64,000 nucleotides of DNA from Octopus vulgaris (lineage: Eukaryota): NCBI GenBank assembly GCA_951406725.2, contig OX597816.1, positions 72,850,001-72,914,000 on the forward strand. The letters are read 5' to 3'. Shown in pieces: positions 35,347-50,954 of this stretch. Below the pieces are notes generated by a model. It ran no database searches, was not told the DNA's origin, and saw only the letters and a program-made list of their open reading frames with translations. Positions within the stretch are counted from its first letter, which is position 1; each line of letters opens with the position of its first letter. Both the position numbers and the translations under genes were made by a program.

Positions 35347-35860
35347 GTATATCTCGTTGTGTGTTTGGTTGTGAATCGATGTACAAATATATACGTGTGT
35401 TAGAAAAATAGTGCTGGTATGACCGAATGGTAAAGAAATTCTTTCGCAATCACAAGTGAGTGTCTGTCTCTTATCATGTCTTCGAGCTTACTCAAGAATT
35501 ATAACAGAAACTAGACTGTAAGAATTACGACGAGGTTTGTCATAAGTACTGCCCCGGTAAGGGTCGGCATTATAATTCTTTTATTCCCTTATTCTTGTGT
35601 TCTTGTATTTTTTCACTCGTTTCAATCATTAGAAGAATTTTAGTCGAATGAATCGACCCAGCATTCAATGTTTTGGGTAATGAAGTAGAGTGTTCGGTGA
35701 AGTCAACAATAGCGGAACTTTGAGCTAAGAACAAATATAGACGTGATTAAATAGCGTCAACTATCTTCGAAATGTCTCCAAAATATATTCATCAGACAGT
35801 GTAACGATGGCACTCCTTACTCACACTCACACACACACCATGCATACACATCCAACCATC

Positions 35861-35912
<52 letters not shown>

Positions 35913-36140
35913 CACACGCATGCCTCAGTCTATGGTTTTTGCATCGTGTGATCATAGCATTCATAAGACTTTTAGCTAAGATGGTGGAATATTCACAGCA
36001 AGAAAAATAAAAAAAAACATAACTTAGTTTCACGAGAGAAGGATTTTCAAGTCGTTAAACACATAATTCCAAAAATAAAGTTTCTTTTTAATTCACTGTT
36101 TTCCTACTAATAAAGATAATTGACTATAATGTTTTTGTCA

Positions 36141-36786
36141 CAGGAGTGGTTGTGTAGTAAGTAGCTTGCTTACCAGCCACATGGTTCAAGGTTCGGTCCC
36201 ACTGCGTGGCACCTTCGGCTAGTGTCTTCTACCATAGCCTTGGGCCGACCAAAGCCTTCTGAGTTAATTTGGTAGACGTAAACTGAAAGAAGCCCATTGT
36301 ATATATATATGTGTGTGTGTGTGTGTGTATGTATGTTACCGCGTGTGTACCGTTGGCGATTTCCTTTCTCTGTCTTCCCTTCCTTGGACCTTTGCTTTTT
36401 CTATGTTTCTGACAAAGAGCTCCGCTCGAAACGTTACATCCTCCTTCTTTCTTTCCTTTCCTGAGCGTCCAATAACACTATACTTGTTCCACGTCCTCGC
36501 GTTGTTGTGTTTTCTCTTTGTGTTTTCATGTTTGGATTAACTATATATATATACATATATATGTATGTGTGTGCATATGCTTCTATGTCTGTGTTTGTCC
36601 CTCCAACATCGCTTGACAAACCGATGTTGGTGTGTTTACGTCCCCGTAGCTTAGCGGTTTGGCAAAAGAGACCGATAGAATAAGTACTAGGCTTACAAAG
36701 AATAAGACCTGGGGTCGATTTGCTCGACTAAAGGCTGTGCTCCAGCATGGACGCAGTCAAATGACTGAAACGTGTAAAATAATAAA
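36141..36786 (+). mobile_element. SINE family B with a PLE-like pseudo-LTR (36337-36541) nested in its internal microsatellite
   Basis: SINE head and tail flank an insert containing atgttt-CTGACAA-A-GAGC-tcc-GCTC-GAAACGTT-acat. Confidence 0.8.
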
Positions 36787-36898
36787 AAATACCTGAAGAA
36801 TGACCATACATTTTTCTATTTGTACTGACATTACAGATCGTTTAATACTCACACATATACACACTTGTGTTTGTATGTATGTATTTAAATACATACAC

Positions 36899-36936
<38 letters not shown>

Positions 36937-37031
36937 GCATACACACGATTATACGGTTATATGCGTACACACGATTTTTTATATATTTGTATCTCTTTCC
37001 CTCTCTCTCTCCTTCCTTCTCTCTCTCTAAA

Positions 37032-37069
<38 letters not shown>

Positions 37070-37316
37070 GATATAGATATAGTAACATAAATACATGCAT
37101 ACATGCATATACATATGTGTGAGTATCTATATGTGGCATACACGCATATATATGTATATCTGTGTGCGCATGTATGTATAAATTTAGGTATGCATATATG
37201 TATAAACGTGTGTATGTGTATACATATACTTTTCCCATCTCTTGTTGCATAAATATTTCTTTATTGCATTCAGTGTTTCTAATTTTTCTGTATTTCAGTT
37301 TTTTTTTTGCCTCCTC

Positions 37317-37351
<35 letters not shown>

Positions 37352-37989
37352 TTTTATGTGCGGTAGAGTGGTCTGTCTTTATTTCGCTCTCCCCCGTCTC
37401 TCCTTCTTTGCAACAAAATACTCCGTCATTAAGTGAGAGACACTCGTGTGTCCTATAATAAAACTCACTCACCAATGAACACCGGAAGTTGGACTTTTCA
37501 AAATGTTTTAGTGATTTCCCCACCACACTACACACTTCCTGTTCATGAACTAAATTTGCAAATTGACAATTAACCTCCTTTGTTTTGTTCGTAAACAGAC
37601 TTAAATATCACCAACGTTTACTTCTCCATCATCTTCATCATCGTCATCATCATTATCTTCTTCTTCTATATCAGCTTTTTCCTCTTTTTTATCTTGTTGC
37701 TGTTGCTGTTTCTTCTTCTTCTTCTTCTTCTTCTTCTTCTTCTTCTTCTTCTTCTTCTTCTTCTTCTAATGCACAAGCTTATGATCATGTGATTGAGACG
37801 TTCACTTCACAATTTTACCCAACCGCGTTTGATTGCACCACGCAACTTCCAAGGCAAATAACTTGTACCAATGTCAGAGACGATCAGTGCCTCACTGACT
37901 GAAATTTGGTAGAGAGAATCATTGGAAATCTGTCGACCGCCACATCCATCCATCCATCCATACATGGATATCTCACTGGTTCACAAAGA

Positions 37990-38870
37990 AACAAAAATAC
38001 CAAAATTACACATTGCCTTTTGTGGATGACTTAAAACTTTAACTTCGTGCAAAGAATATGCATGAGATGAAAAAGACCCTTGACCTAGTTACAACATTCT
38101 CAAAGGATGTAGGTTTGGAATTTGGTCAGGATAAATATTTTATGGTTCCGTAAAGGAGGAAAACTATAAACCAGACTAGTAACATCATCAAAGATTTTAC
38201 TGTTTCCCCTGTATCTGACAAGGAATGTTACAGGTATCTAGATGTGGATGAAAATATATCTTACTGTAGCACCTGTAACAAAACACGTGTCACTAAAGAA
38301 TATTACAGCCGAATAAAGAAAATTTGGACCTCAGAACTCTCTGCGTTCAATAAAACAGTGGCACACACTGTGCTTGCAGTGCCAGCATTCATACAAACAT
38401 TTGGGATGCTTGATTGGACGGTTAATGAGATCCGAGCCATTGATGTGAATACCCAAAAACTACTAACATGCACACGTAATTTCCACATAAACAGTGACGT
38501 AGACTGCTTTTACCTAAAACGGAAATAAGGCAGAAGAGGCTTAACATTGATCCAAAATGACTTTGAATGTCGTATCAAATCCCTTCGGCAACATCTTTTA
38601 ATCACTAAGTGTCGAAGTGCATCCCTTGACTAAGTTTACATACATAAGGCTGATAACATCATAAGACTTGGAAGGTAGCTCCTTGAGCAACACTCTTTGT
38701 CTGATAGCCTAGAATGCATGCACAATGAAGTCGCACGACATCTACCGCACGTATCAGATGAAAGGATGAGCCTACAATCGGCAGAAGACTATGCTAGTAG
38801 AAAGCTGATGATCTATAGTAACATCGATCTTCAAAGTAGTTTATAATGGACCAATAGCCGGATTATTGAG
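37990..38870 (+). pseudogene. R4/Dong-like non-LTR retrotransposon RT remnant
   Basis: ITHCLFVDDLKL, FSKDVGLEFGQDK and YRYL...TKEYYSRIKKIWTSELSAFNK motifs, with stops and frameshifts. Confidence 0.8.
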
Positions 38871-39014
38871 TGCAGTATTTGGAGCCAGAGCGAGTGCAGA
38901 TTTGTATGTATTGTTCTATTCATGTTTTCTCATGCATATAGTTTTACGTATAGACATGCGCATATATAATTAAATACTAAACTTCTGGAAAGTTTGAAAA
39001 ACTTTTGCAGTTCC

Positions 39015-39910
39015 GTATGTATCTATGTATGTACGTCTCTTCTATTTTTTAAATATTATGAAATTTCCACTGAGGAGGGAGCCGGTTTCCAACAAAGATA
39101 CAAGACCCTATCTTTCGGATGTAGTTAACACAGACAAATTCACATTTGGAACTTGGGAAAAGTCTTGCATATTTTACAGTTCCACTCACAGGTTGGACTT
39201 GTAATGAACGAATCAGCCGATCGATTTCTCTTTCTGAAAATCCCAGTTTATCCAAACTCTCCTTTAAGCATTTACTAACAAAACCTAATGCTCCAATTAT
39301 TACTAGTATGAATATAAATTCATAGTCTGGATATAGAAGCTGAAGGTTTCGAACCAGTTGTCCATAGATATCCTCTTTTTCTTTGATTTTCAAACAGATA
39401 TTTATATCTGCAGGGCAGCAAATTCTGTGATGGTACATACCTTTGTTCCTCTATCCCAAACAACAATATCCGTCCTGTTATGTTTACATTTGATGGGAAT
39501 ATTCCACCAGTATTCCTTGAGTTGGTGTTTATGAAAGTATTCCATAACAGTGGGATTTTCTAAGTTTATTGCAGGACAGTCTTTTATGCGGATGGCATTG
39601 TAAATTGTTTTATCAACAACATCGTACCGCATAGGGGGATAGTACCGTGACATTTTAGAAGAGCTGCTAATCACATGCGTGATGTCTTCCATAGAAACAT
39701 CGACATAGTCTACATGACATGCAATTGAACCTTGGGATTACAAGAGCGTCACTGTTTCTCTTATTCACCAGGTACTTTGTAGCAATCTCCTGTTCCTGGA
39801 TTGCAAACGCATAATCATCAAAGTGTGATGTAGTGGTCTTGTGTCCAAAAGAGGCTGCGCTTCGTGTCAAACATACTGCCTTTTTCAAATTTCCGGGCAA
39901 CACACTCATG
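39015..39910 (-). pseudogene. R4/Dong-like CCHC + restriction-like endonuclease remnant and 3'UTR
   Basis: AIQEQEIATK, CRLC..EDITHVISS, KHNRTDIVVWD, CPADIN...KEDIY and VIIGALG; ends in (TACA)-type repeats. Confidence 0.8.
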
Positions 39911-40837
39911 TATAGACTTCTCTTTTGTATGCTGAGTGCTTTCCATCCAGGACGTTTCTGAGATAAGAGAGCCCAGCTGTTTTGGAGCTGTATAGGAGCT
40001 CATCAGGAAGAGAGTGCTTCTTGAGGAGCTCGCTGCTAACTCGTTCAATGTTGCTAATTTTACTCTTCAGCAATGCATTTATATATTTATTTTTGCTGCT
40101 GTTGTTTATAAGATACGGTGACTATGTATGTATGCGCATATATGAGCATATTTGTATGTATTCTCATGCATATAGCTGCATGTCTAGATATGCCCATATA
40201 TACTTAAATGATAAACTTTTGGAAAGTTTTACAGATTTTTACAGTTCAAGTGGTGGTTTGGATCTGTAGTCTTTGAATCATATATGTATGTATGTATTTA
40301 AGTATGTATGTATGTATGTATGTATGTATGTATGTATGTATGTATTTAAGTATGTATGTATGCATGCATGTATGTATGCATGTATGTATGCATGCATGCA
40401 TGTATGTATGTATGCATGCATGTATGTACGTATGTATGTTATGTATGCATGCATGCACGTATGTATGTATGTATGTATGTATGTATGTATGTATGTATGT
40501 ATGTATGTATGTATGCATGCATGTATATATGTATTTATGAGGGGCCCCTAGCTGTTCTCACAGCACCCTTCTAGAAGAGGGGAAATCTGATGTAAAACCC
40601 TGTGGTTTCATGTGATTACTGGCCATCTCATTAGCTTAGGGGCTAATGACGAAAAATTGTGAGAGTGGTACTCGTGTTGTACAAGCGTTTATCGCTATAA
40701 TCCAGTGCCTTACCAAATGGCTTGTTATGGTGATTTCATTAGTCACTCCATTTACAGAGAATCTTATGGCGTTGGAAGGATGGCAACGTGTGAAAACCTG
40801 ACCGGCCGGAAACTCATAGTAATTTATAACTACCGTC

Positions 40838-40900
40838 TGCCACCTATGCTCTAAACCATGCAGATCTGCAACAGGACTGAATAGCCACCTCAGAGGTCAT
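40838..40900 (+). pseudogene. C-terminal C2H2 finger of an RTE-type LINE remnant
   Basis: Translates CHLCSKPCRSATGLNSHLRGH. Confidence 0.45.
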
Positions 40901-42350
40901 GGATGGAGAGTCAGAAATGCTAATGACGAAAGTAGGGACCAGAGTATTTAGGAATGCTATCTGTGATAGACACATATCATAAGCTGAGGGAAATATATCT
41001 CCAGTCAGTTAGATACTCGTTAACATCTAAAAGCTCTTCATCTCTGTACCTCTTGTCACTTTCAAATGCTTAAATGATTTAAGAACGCTTGTAAATGTTA
41101 AAAAAATCCCGAAGTTAGACAAGAGAAATCAATATCTATGTTACCCACCCACCCTTGAAAACCTGCTACTCTTCTTGCTACGAGTCTGCAAAGATTAATA
41201 TACAATTTAATCTTTCTATTACGGGGAGGTAATCCAGAGCGCTGCAGCTAGCCGAATCGGCAGGGACGTGGAATACAGCAGCGATTATCTATCAGCCTTT
41301 CAGATTTGCGTTCAAAGCCTAATGGTGGGGACTTGTCTTTGTACGTGTGTATGTATATATACATGTGTATATGTATGTGCGTGAGTGCTTAATAGAGTTT
41401 GTAGTAGTAACACGTGTGTTTCCCTGTGATAATATAGACATTTGTAACGGACATAATCACAGTAACGTTAAATGCCGCCTACTTATTGTGTCATTGAAAC
41501 ATGATTACTTTTGACTGCTTGAGAACAAGTCCTGATCTTTTGACAAGGACAACTATTATATCGATTTAACCGTGTTATCAAAGGCCATATTAATGTTAAG
41601 AACGATCTCAGCGGTATTTAAATGCAAAATGGATAGGTACAGTCCAGTTCCCTTTTCTCTTTGTCTCTCATTCTTTCACTCTTCTCTCCTCACTCTCATA
41701 TTATAAATTATTAATATTTAATCAAGCATTTCGTCACTAATGAATTCTTTAAGCTGTACATTTGTACTCGATGTTGCCGGATTAAAAATGGAATTGCAAA
41801 TGTCTCCACTAGAGAAATTGTACGCATTGATAACTGATATCGGTTTCTAAGAGAACACCTAGAGTTAATATCTTAATTTGCTCTTAGATCGTTTTGGTGC
41901 GTTACAACGATAAAGAAAAATTGATAAATATAATGGTTTTGCTGAAGCTAATAATGGTAACAGTAACAGCAGTCATAGAAATATATGTTTATGTTAAGTA
42001 GTAGTTATCTGCAATATTACGAGTTTCTCTTGACTAGGCATAATGTAATTTTCATAACTGAAAAATAAAATTGAAGTCGGTCACTTCCACCCTTTTCATA
42101 AGGGTAATTGCAGTGAAATTACAATAAAGTGGGAATACGATGCAAGTTCATTTTCAGATCAGATTTACTCACAACTTTCATGACCCACGACAGAGGCCAC
42201 GAGAAAAAGAGATTTCGTTGGACATGGAGCGAAATTTTATATTTTACGGAGAATGTAAAGTAGACATGAGATGCTGAAAATATCTTTGTTTGGATATTTT
42301 AATATCATTGCTTTTTAAAGGTTTTACAGTCAAGTGTGTGTGTGTATTTG

Positions 42351-42448
<98 letters not shown>

Positions 42449-43673
42449 CACGTGTGTATACACACACAACATTCATACATGCATACACACACAATATATA
42501 TTGTTTATGAAGAGATGAACTTGTATGCATGTAACTGTACATTTGTATCTATGTATGTCCATACTTATATATAAATAAATATAAATATATATATGTTTGT
42601 GTGTGTTTGTATATATACGAACGTGTATGCGTGTGCGTGCAGGTGCGCATAAATGCATACCACTATCTTTATCTATCTATCTACATACATACATGCATAC
42701 ATACATACATACATACATACATACATGCATACATACATGCATACATATATACATACATACATACAAGCATACATACATACCAGCGTACATACATACATAC
42801 ATACATACATACATACATACATACATGCATACATGCATACATACATACATACATACATAAATGCATACATACATACATACATACATACATACATACATAC
42901 AATACATACGTACGTACATACATACATTTTTGTGTTTATGTATGTATGTATGAGATATGTTTCGGGATTCGCGCATATGACAGTATGTGTGTATGTGTAG
43001 ATGTATGCAAATTTTCGAAGTTAAGCGTAGGTGTCGTCCTCATCGCCGGCACTAACGCTAGCACCGCCGACACAAACGTCGCCGACAGCACTATAGTCGA
43101 CGCGGAGCATGGGGGAGTTGGCAGCGGCAACGGATATTCATTACCACAACCAACGGGTTTCAGCTCAGTCGAATATAATTCTGAAAATCGGCGAGATTTT
43201 CGAGACTGTTATTGACTGTTCATTGATTGCAGTAGGTTTTTAAACTCTAATTTTTTACTACCATTAAGACAAACTGTAACATCAAATACAAATTTCTGAT
43301 TCACTGGTGCAGAGTTTCGCCAACGATGTGTACGATGAAAGCACACCTCGAAGCAACGAATATCGATTTCACCAAATGGAAGGATGCAGTCGCTGCAGTT
43401 CAATGTTGCACTAATTCTAAACGATGGTAATGTCCCCTCAGGCATAGAATGTGTTACTTCGAGAATTACACCAACCACTTAACAAAGGGGCCACAACACT
43501 TCCGAATGTAAACACACGCACGCTCACATGCACGCATACATTGGGCCGAGCATGAATAGACACACACACACACACACACAAGGTTTTACACGCTGCAAAA
43601 TGCACACACATACTGTCGAATACTCACATGCTGTGACACACTTACGGTTACACAAATACTCTCTTGCGCAAAC

Positions 43674-43744
<71 letters not shown>

Positions 43745-44214
43745 GATCGCACTTGCAGCGCCTCTATTGGAATCACAATAAAACTTACAGATAGTGTATC
43801 AATATTGTTGTGAATATTAGGCATAACAGTACGTGCATAAGCATATATGTGTATCTCTCTCTCTCTCTATTTCTACACACACTCACACAAATACACATAT
43901 ATATTTAAACGCGAGTCCAATACGGGAAAATATATAACTGGATGCTATATTGGTTCTGTTGAATAATTTTCTTAAAACCCGTAAGCTCGCAGACGGTTGA
44001 CCTCTGTAGTTATTATCAGTGTTAGTTTTTTCGGCGGTTTAAATAAGAGTTTTGACTGTTATTTTCAGCAGGTAGACATACTCAGTATGTCCTTTGATTA
44101 ATCTTGATAATACTAAAACTCTAAGGATGTTTGTTTGTACCTGAAATATCTGAGAAATAGTATATTTTATTTGAATTCATTTTTTGCATACTATTTTCAT
44201 ACCAACCTTCGGCA

Positions 44215-44600
44215 GTGCAGTACAAATTGTGTCACTTACATAAACAGTAGGACAGGGCGCTACTGCATGGTACCAAAGGTCCCAACTTTGCCATTAAGAT
44301 ACAGGACCAGATGCTGCAACAGCTCGGGCTTCAAAGGCGCACGTCTCTTCTATATCCTTCTACAAAATCTGAGAGACCTGCTCGGTGTGGATGTAGCCTT
44401 TTTCAAAACAAAACTAGATTTCCTTCTGTCAAGAACTCTGGATAAAACCTAGCTCTAGACAAGAGACACAGATGAGGGCAGCATCGTCAAACTCCCTCAT
44501 CCACCAGATGTCATTGATCAGAGTAGGTTTAGTGAATGTGTAGCAAAGTAAACGGCGGTGCTCCAGTATGGCCGCAGTACTGTGACTGAAACTTAGAGGA
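44215..44600 (+). mobile_element. CR1-like LINE 3' end, second copy
   Basis: SRTGRYCMVPKV...NSSGFKGARLFYIL..LRDLLGVDVAFFKTKLDFLLS; same 3' terminus as 20050-20345. Confidence 0.8.
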
Positions 44601-45376
44601 AAAAAATACGGCGAAAATGATCACATGATAGATTTTATCTCCCTGTTTTCCTTTTATTTAAATTAAATGGAGATATTTAATCCGAAATCGTGACTTAAAT
44701 TGCTAACGACAGTGTTGTCCATAATGTAGTAATTTTTTATAAAGTCGGGAGATAGAATGTCTAGAAGATATTTAGTTAAATACATTTCAATGTGAATTCT
44801 TCACTGAGCACTAAATTCCACAAGACACAAACGTAGAAACTTTCTGGAATTATATCAAATCTTGTAGTCTTGTAGAAATCTCAAATGGGACAATTAATTG
44901 AAAACCAGTTTAAATAACTAATGCGGCCACAGAAGCAGAACATTAGCTTCCGAGCAAATATATAAACACAAAATCGATAAAAGAATTCAGGCTGAAGTTT
45001 CTTCGATCAAAATTTGAATTCGCAAACACATTAATTCCTCGGCGAGTCGCCCATTTTTGTGTGTTGTGTGTAATTTCCGTACAACTAACTTGTATACATT
45101 GTAGGCATTACACGTACGTATGCTCTTTTTGTTTTTGTTTTTTAATTAATTGAATTTTTCCTACGGGGAAGGAAATAGCTTCTAAGATAGAAACAAAAGT
45201 TCCATCGCTTGAATTTGGAGAACAAAAACAATACGTGTTATATATTGAACTCTGCAAAAGTCTTGCATATTTTGGCAGTTCCGTCGATTGGTATAATGAG
45301 TTAATATATTTACCTGAAAACACTACCTGTTTGAGGTGATCGATTAAACTTTTACTATTATCACTAAATACACTGT

Positions 45377-45533
45377 GCAGGTGTGTTCGTGTGGTAAGAA
45401 ACCTGCTTCCCAACCACCTGGTTCCGGGTTCCGTGCCACTGTGTGACACCTTGGGCAAGTGTCTTCTGCTTTAACCTCAGGCCGACCCAATACTTGCGAG
45501 TGGATTTGGTTGACGGAAACTGAAAGACACTCG

Positions 45534-45601
<68 letters not shown>

Positions 45602-45680
45602 TGCGCGTGTGTGTGTATATGTGTGTTTCTCCTCCCAACACCGCATGACAACCGGTGTTGATTTGTTTACGCCCCCGTAA
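45377..45680 (+). mobile_element. SINE family B, 5' part
   Basis: gtgtggtaagaaacctgcttcccaaccacctggttccgggttccgtgcc. Confidence 0.75.
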
Positions 45681-45734
45681 CACACACACACAGACTGACA
45701 TACAGACAGTCAGACAGGCAGATAGATAGATAGG

Positions 45735-45857
<123 letters not shown>

Positions 45858-46031
45858 AAAGAAAGTGGGCAAACGAAAACAATTGAAACTAAGCACATTT
45901 CGTAGGAGTTACATATATATTGTTATTAATGTGTGTGTGTTTGTGCATTCGTTGAGTATATATAATGGTGCGTGACTAAATAACGGGAGATTTTTTTGGT
46001 GTGTGTGTGTGTGTGTATATATATAAAGTGG

Positions 46032-46069
<38 letters not shown>

Positions 46070-46779
46070 AAGAAAATCCATGATTAAACCAAATAAAATA
46101 TCACGATGGTTAAAACCATTGTGAATTCATAATAGCGGAAGAAAAAGAGAGAAAGAGACACAAATATAACAATGTCGGTTGAGAAACAGAAACCATTTAA
46201 CGATAAAATGTGTTTAATTGCTGCAGGTTTTCCTCTGTTTGGTGTCCAGCCTTGGACACTCGAAATTGGAATATTATTTGTTAATTTGTTCCAGCTAAGC
46301 TTCTAATCCGTCGAATCTGAAGTCAAGAGAGGTCAAGGTTTAAAGCGTGCTATCGGTGTTAAATACAAACCCAAATGTCTCTCTAACATGGAAGCTGTTC
46401 AAGAGAATTTAAATCGATATTTTAAATGGGATGTTCATATAACGCCTGCTATGGCTACATTTCAAGTAAAATTTAACGATTTTACTCCTTTATAATGCCT
46501 TTGTTGTTGTTGTTGGTCTAAGTCATTGAACTACGATATTGTTTAGGCACCGATTTCAAGGAGGTTTTTCTTATCATGTAATTCGAAAGCAGCGGTTCTT
46601 CTACTTTTTATTTTGAAGGTGTTATATGACACCAAAGGTAAAATGGACAACGCAAAAAGGAAGGAAGGCATCCCAGATGGAACGAATACCTCAAAATATC
46701 TTAATGTATATATTTTGTTCTTCACCAACCTAAATTCCCTACCTCTTCTTCATTCTCTCCACGCACATATGTTGGTGTA

Positions 46780-46868
46780 TATAAACACTCACAACGCCCG
46801 GTCTGGGAATCGAAACCGCGATCCTACGACCGCGAGTTCGCTGCCCTAACCACTAGGCCATTGCACCT

Positions 46869-46870
<2 letters not shown>
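46780..46870 (-). mobile_element. SINE family C tRNA-like head
   Basis: Matches the head region at 25405-25497. Confidence 0.8.
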
Positions 46871-46932
<62 letters not shown>

Positions 46933-48141
46933 AGATACATACATGTATATATATGCACGCATTTATGTGTATGTATATATGGGTGTGTGTGTGTATGTGT
47001 GTGTGTGTGTGTGTGTGCGTGCGTGTGTGTATGTGCGTGCGTGTATGCGCGTGTGTACACGTATGTATATTCTTTTATTACATGTTTTATTAATTTCAGT
47101 AATTCGGCTCTGGACGGAAAGGAGCTTACAATGATAAATCGACACAGGTTCTGGCCACCAAATTCTACTCTCAGAGACTCAATCGACAAAAGCAAAAAAA
47201 AAAAAAAAAAAAAAGAGAAATGCTATATTCCCATGTAAAAAAAAAAGCTTTCGGCCCCAAGATGTAGATGTAGCACTGTTAGTCAGATCCGGCAAGGCTG
47301 CAAACTGATTGCCTTTACCATACGATGTAACTGATTTTGCAAATTCTCTCAGACTAATGCTGTAAATTTCGGTTAATGTACGTCTCTGAGTTATTACCGA
47401 TAATTAAGGTAGAAACGCTGGTAGGGAAGCGAAGTCGAAGAGGTTAAATAGAGCTAAAGTGTTTGAAGATTATAAAGGATTAATAACTTTTATAACTCCA
47501 TCTGTGTCGTGCTTACAATGGATAATAGAGTCCATTTTGTTTTATTGCAATAATACCTCAGGAAGAAGTTATTTGAAGCTTTGGCTTTTTTTTATCTTTC
47601 GTTTATTAAATTATTTAGTAGTTGCGTTTAATATTTCTCTTTAAATATATCTATAGCTATTAATATATAGTCGATTTTTGTAACTTTGTTCTAAGTTTGT
47701 TGTTGTATGTAATATTTATACGAATCATTAATCCAAGTTACCAGCAGACGGATTTTTGATCTCGTGACAGGAATATGACATGAATATTCATTAAGGTTAT
47801 GAATAACTGAACTGAAAACATTAGTAATTTTGTGATAACCTTCAAGTAAAAAGCAACAGTCTCGGTCAAATAAGCGAACAAAAGCAGCATCCAGTTTGTT
47901 GGTATTATTATGATATTAATACAAGTAGTTGTTTGAGGAAACCATTAAGGAACAATTACAGAATGATGTGGCGTCCGTTTGTTTCGAAGGCAACGTTTAG
48001 GAAATATGAATTAACGGCCTCTTAATTCATTTTATCGAAGAACTAAAAATATTCTTTCGCTGATTTTCAGAAGCAAAAACATTCTAAAACAACAGAAATT
48101 GCAATGTCCACAGTGAATACTTGCTCTTCTGTCTGCTTGCC

Positions 48142-48198
<57 letters not shown>

Positions 48199-48272
48199 GC
48201 CTGTCTGTCTCTCTATATATGTATACACACACACATCCATCCATCCATACATGCGTATGCATTTGTGATTGA

Positions 48273-48318
<46 letters not shown>

Positions 48319-48341
48319 CGCTTAGAGATTTATTATTGTTA

Positions 48342-48401
<60 letters not shown>

Positions 48402-49046
48402 CATATATACATAATATTATATTGTACTACAAGCGCGCGCACACACATATATGACCAATTTCTAAGATGAGTACAAGGCCAAGTGGTGTATGGTGTATGT
48501 TTTTCGCCCTGAACGTATCACTGCTGTTTATATCTCGTCGAGAGGCTTTCCATATTGCGACAGTCCGCCATATCGCTTCACAAAAGCACTGATCTTTCAT
48601 ACTACTACCATCAACAGAACTATTAGCAAGTTTTTTTAATATACCTGTTTCACTATTTTAACAGAAACTCTAGTGAAATTTTTACATGAATTTCTAATTA
48701 AAGCTAGGGTGGATGCTCTTCCTTATTGCTCCAGAATTTAATCCTACTCAGTAGTCATTTGATAATATTCGACAAACAGTTAGTGCAGCATCTAGTTGTT
48801 TTCCATCACTTGATCAGAACTGATTTGTAGAACCGAACCTCATACATCGTAGGAAGGCTTTCAATCGTTTTTAAAACTGGTCCAGCCTTGCCATATCAAC
48901 CGACAACGTCTGAATCATCAGACATATTTTGAGATCGGTGACATTTTCAGTTATATCAGGCTAAGTAACAAATTGTAAGACTTTGTGTGTGTTTGTGTGT
49001 CTGTGTGTTTGTGTGTGTGTGATACACACTCACATATATCTGCATG

Positions 49047-49078
<32 letters not shown>

Positions 49079-49220
49079 CACACATACATTTATACATGCA
49101 CATATATATATGTATATGTGTATGCATAATATATGTGTGTGTGAAAGAGAAATTATGTGTGTGTGCGTATTTATATATGTATATGTGTATGTGTGTGTAT
49201 TTGTACACATGTATATGTGC

Positions 49221-49266
<46 letters not shown>

Positions 49267-49520
49267 TGGACTCTCCTGTCGAACCGCCCACATCGCAGCC
49301 TCAACCACCATCTCCGCTGACAACGACGATAACATAAATAAAAAAATAGGTATGTACCGATTATTAGATGTAAGAGGAAGAAGAAGAAGGAGGAGAAGTA
49401 CAACAGTATGGCGGATAGGAGGAGGACCAAGAAGAATAAGAGGAAGGAGGAGGAGGAGGAGAAGAACAAAAACAAGAAGATGTACAACAACAACAGCATG
49501 GCAGAGGGGAGGAGGAGGAG

Positions 49521-49638
49521 GAAGAAGAAGAAGAAGAAGAAGAAGAAGAAGAAGAAGAAGAAGAAGAAGAAGAAGAAGAAGAAGAAGAAGAAGAAGAAGA
49601 AGAAGAAGAAGAAGAAGAAGAAGAAGAAGAAGAAGAAG
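49521..49638. repeat. Long (GAA)n microsatellite
   Basis: Seen directly. Confidence 0.98.
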
Positions 49639-50486
49639 GAGATGGTGATGAGGATGATGGTCTAATCAATCGTGTTAGAAGGAACGTTGGTTAGTGAAAG
49701 AGTATGAAATAGAAACCGACGAAGGAACATCATGAATTCAGACAGGATATGTGAAATAATTGTGTAATAAATAGACATTGCCACCCCATCGACCATCGTC
49801 ATCATGACCACCACCATCTACATCACCACTACAATCAACAATACCACCACCACCCACTCCCACCAACACCACAAACATTCACCAACACTACCATCGCCAC
49901 CACAACCGAAACTACCGCTACCAACATCACCACCACCACCGCCACTACCACCGAAACCGCCACCACTACCTCTACAATCACATCCAATACCATCACCACC
50001 ACCGCCTAAATAGCCACTTCCATCACCACAACTACCATCACCTCCGCTGCACCCGGTATCACCGAAACCGCCGCCGCCTCCGCCGTTGTCGCCTCTACCG
50101 CCGCCTCTTCCACTACAACAATCATACCATCACAAACATCCCCAACGAACAACAACCAGCACCATCACCACCATCACCACCACCACCACCACCACTTCCC
50201 TGAAGGAAACAAAGAGAGCAGCTTCATCAGGCTGTCGGATCTTCGGGTCTTTAAGATTAACGATTTCCGCTGGGATATTCCGAGAGAGTGTTTCTATTGT
50301 GGAAATTTAGGATCTCTGATTTCATGAAATTTTACACTATTTATGTCCATCATCATCATCATCATCATCGTCGTCGTCGTCGTCGTCGTCATCATAATCA
50401 CCATCAGCAGCAGCAGCATCTTTACCATCGTCGATGTTGTCACCATCATAATCAACCTCATTAATATCGCCACCACCACCACCACC

Positions 50487-50550
<64 letters not shown>

Positions 50551-50835
50551 ACTTCACCATCATTAGTATCATCATCATCAGCAGCAGCAGCATCAGTACT
50601 ACTAAATTCATGTTAACTATGATCGTCCTCGTTTTTAACAGCATCACAAGGTAACGTAAGAAATTTGAGTATGGGGTTGACAAAAGAAAACAAAAGCAAA
50701 AAAAAAAAAAAGGAAAAATGTGGAAACACGAAAGCAGTAAATACCAGTAAAATACTGCGTCGAATGGACTGGACAATGTCTCAAAATGCTTTAACATCAC
50801 CGTCATCCACACTATCATTAACGCCGTCGTCATCA

Positions 50836-50901
<66 letters not shown>

Positions 50902-50954
50902 GAAGGCGGCCGAATCGTTAGCACATCGGACAAAATGCTTAGCAGCATTTCCCC

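Noticed and set aside
49780-50200. Pro-rich extensin/formin-like ORFs
   Set aside because: Degenerate (CCA/CCG)n low-complexity DNA with stops and no splice or context support.
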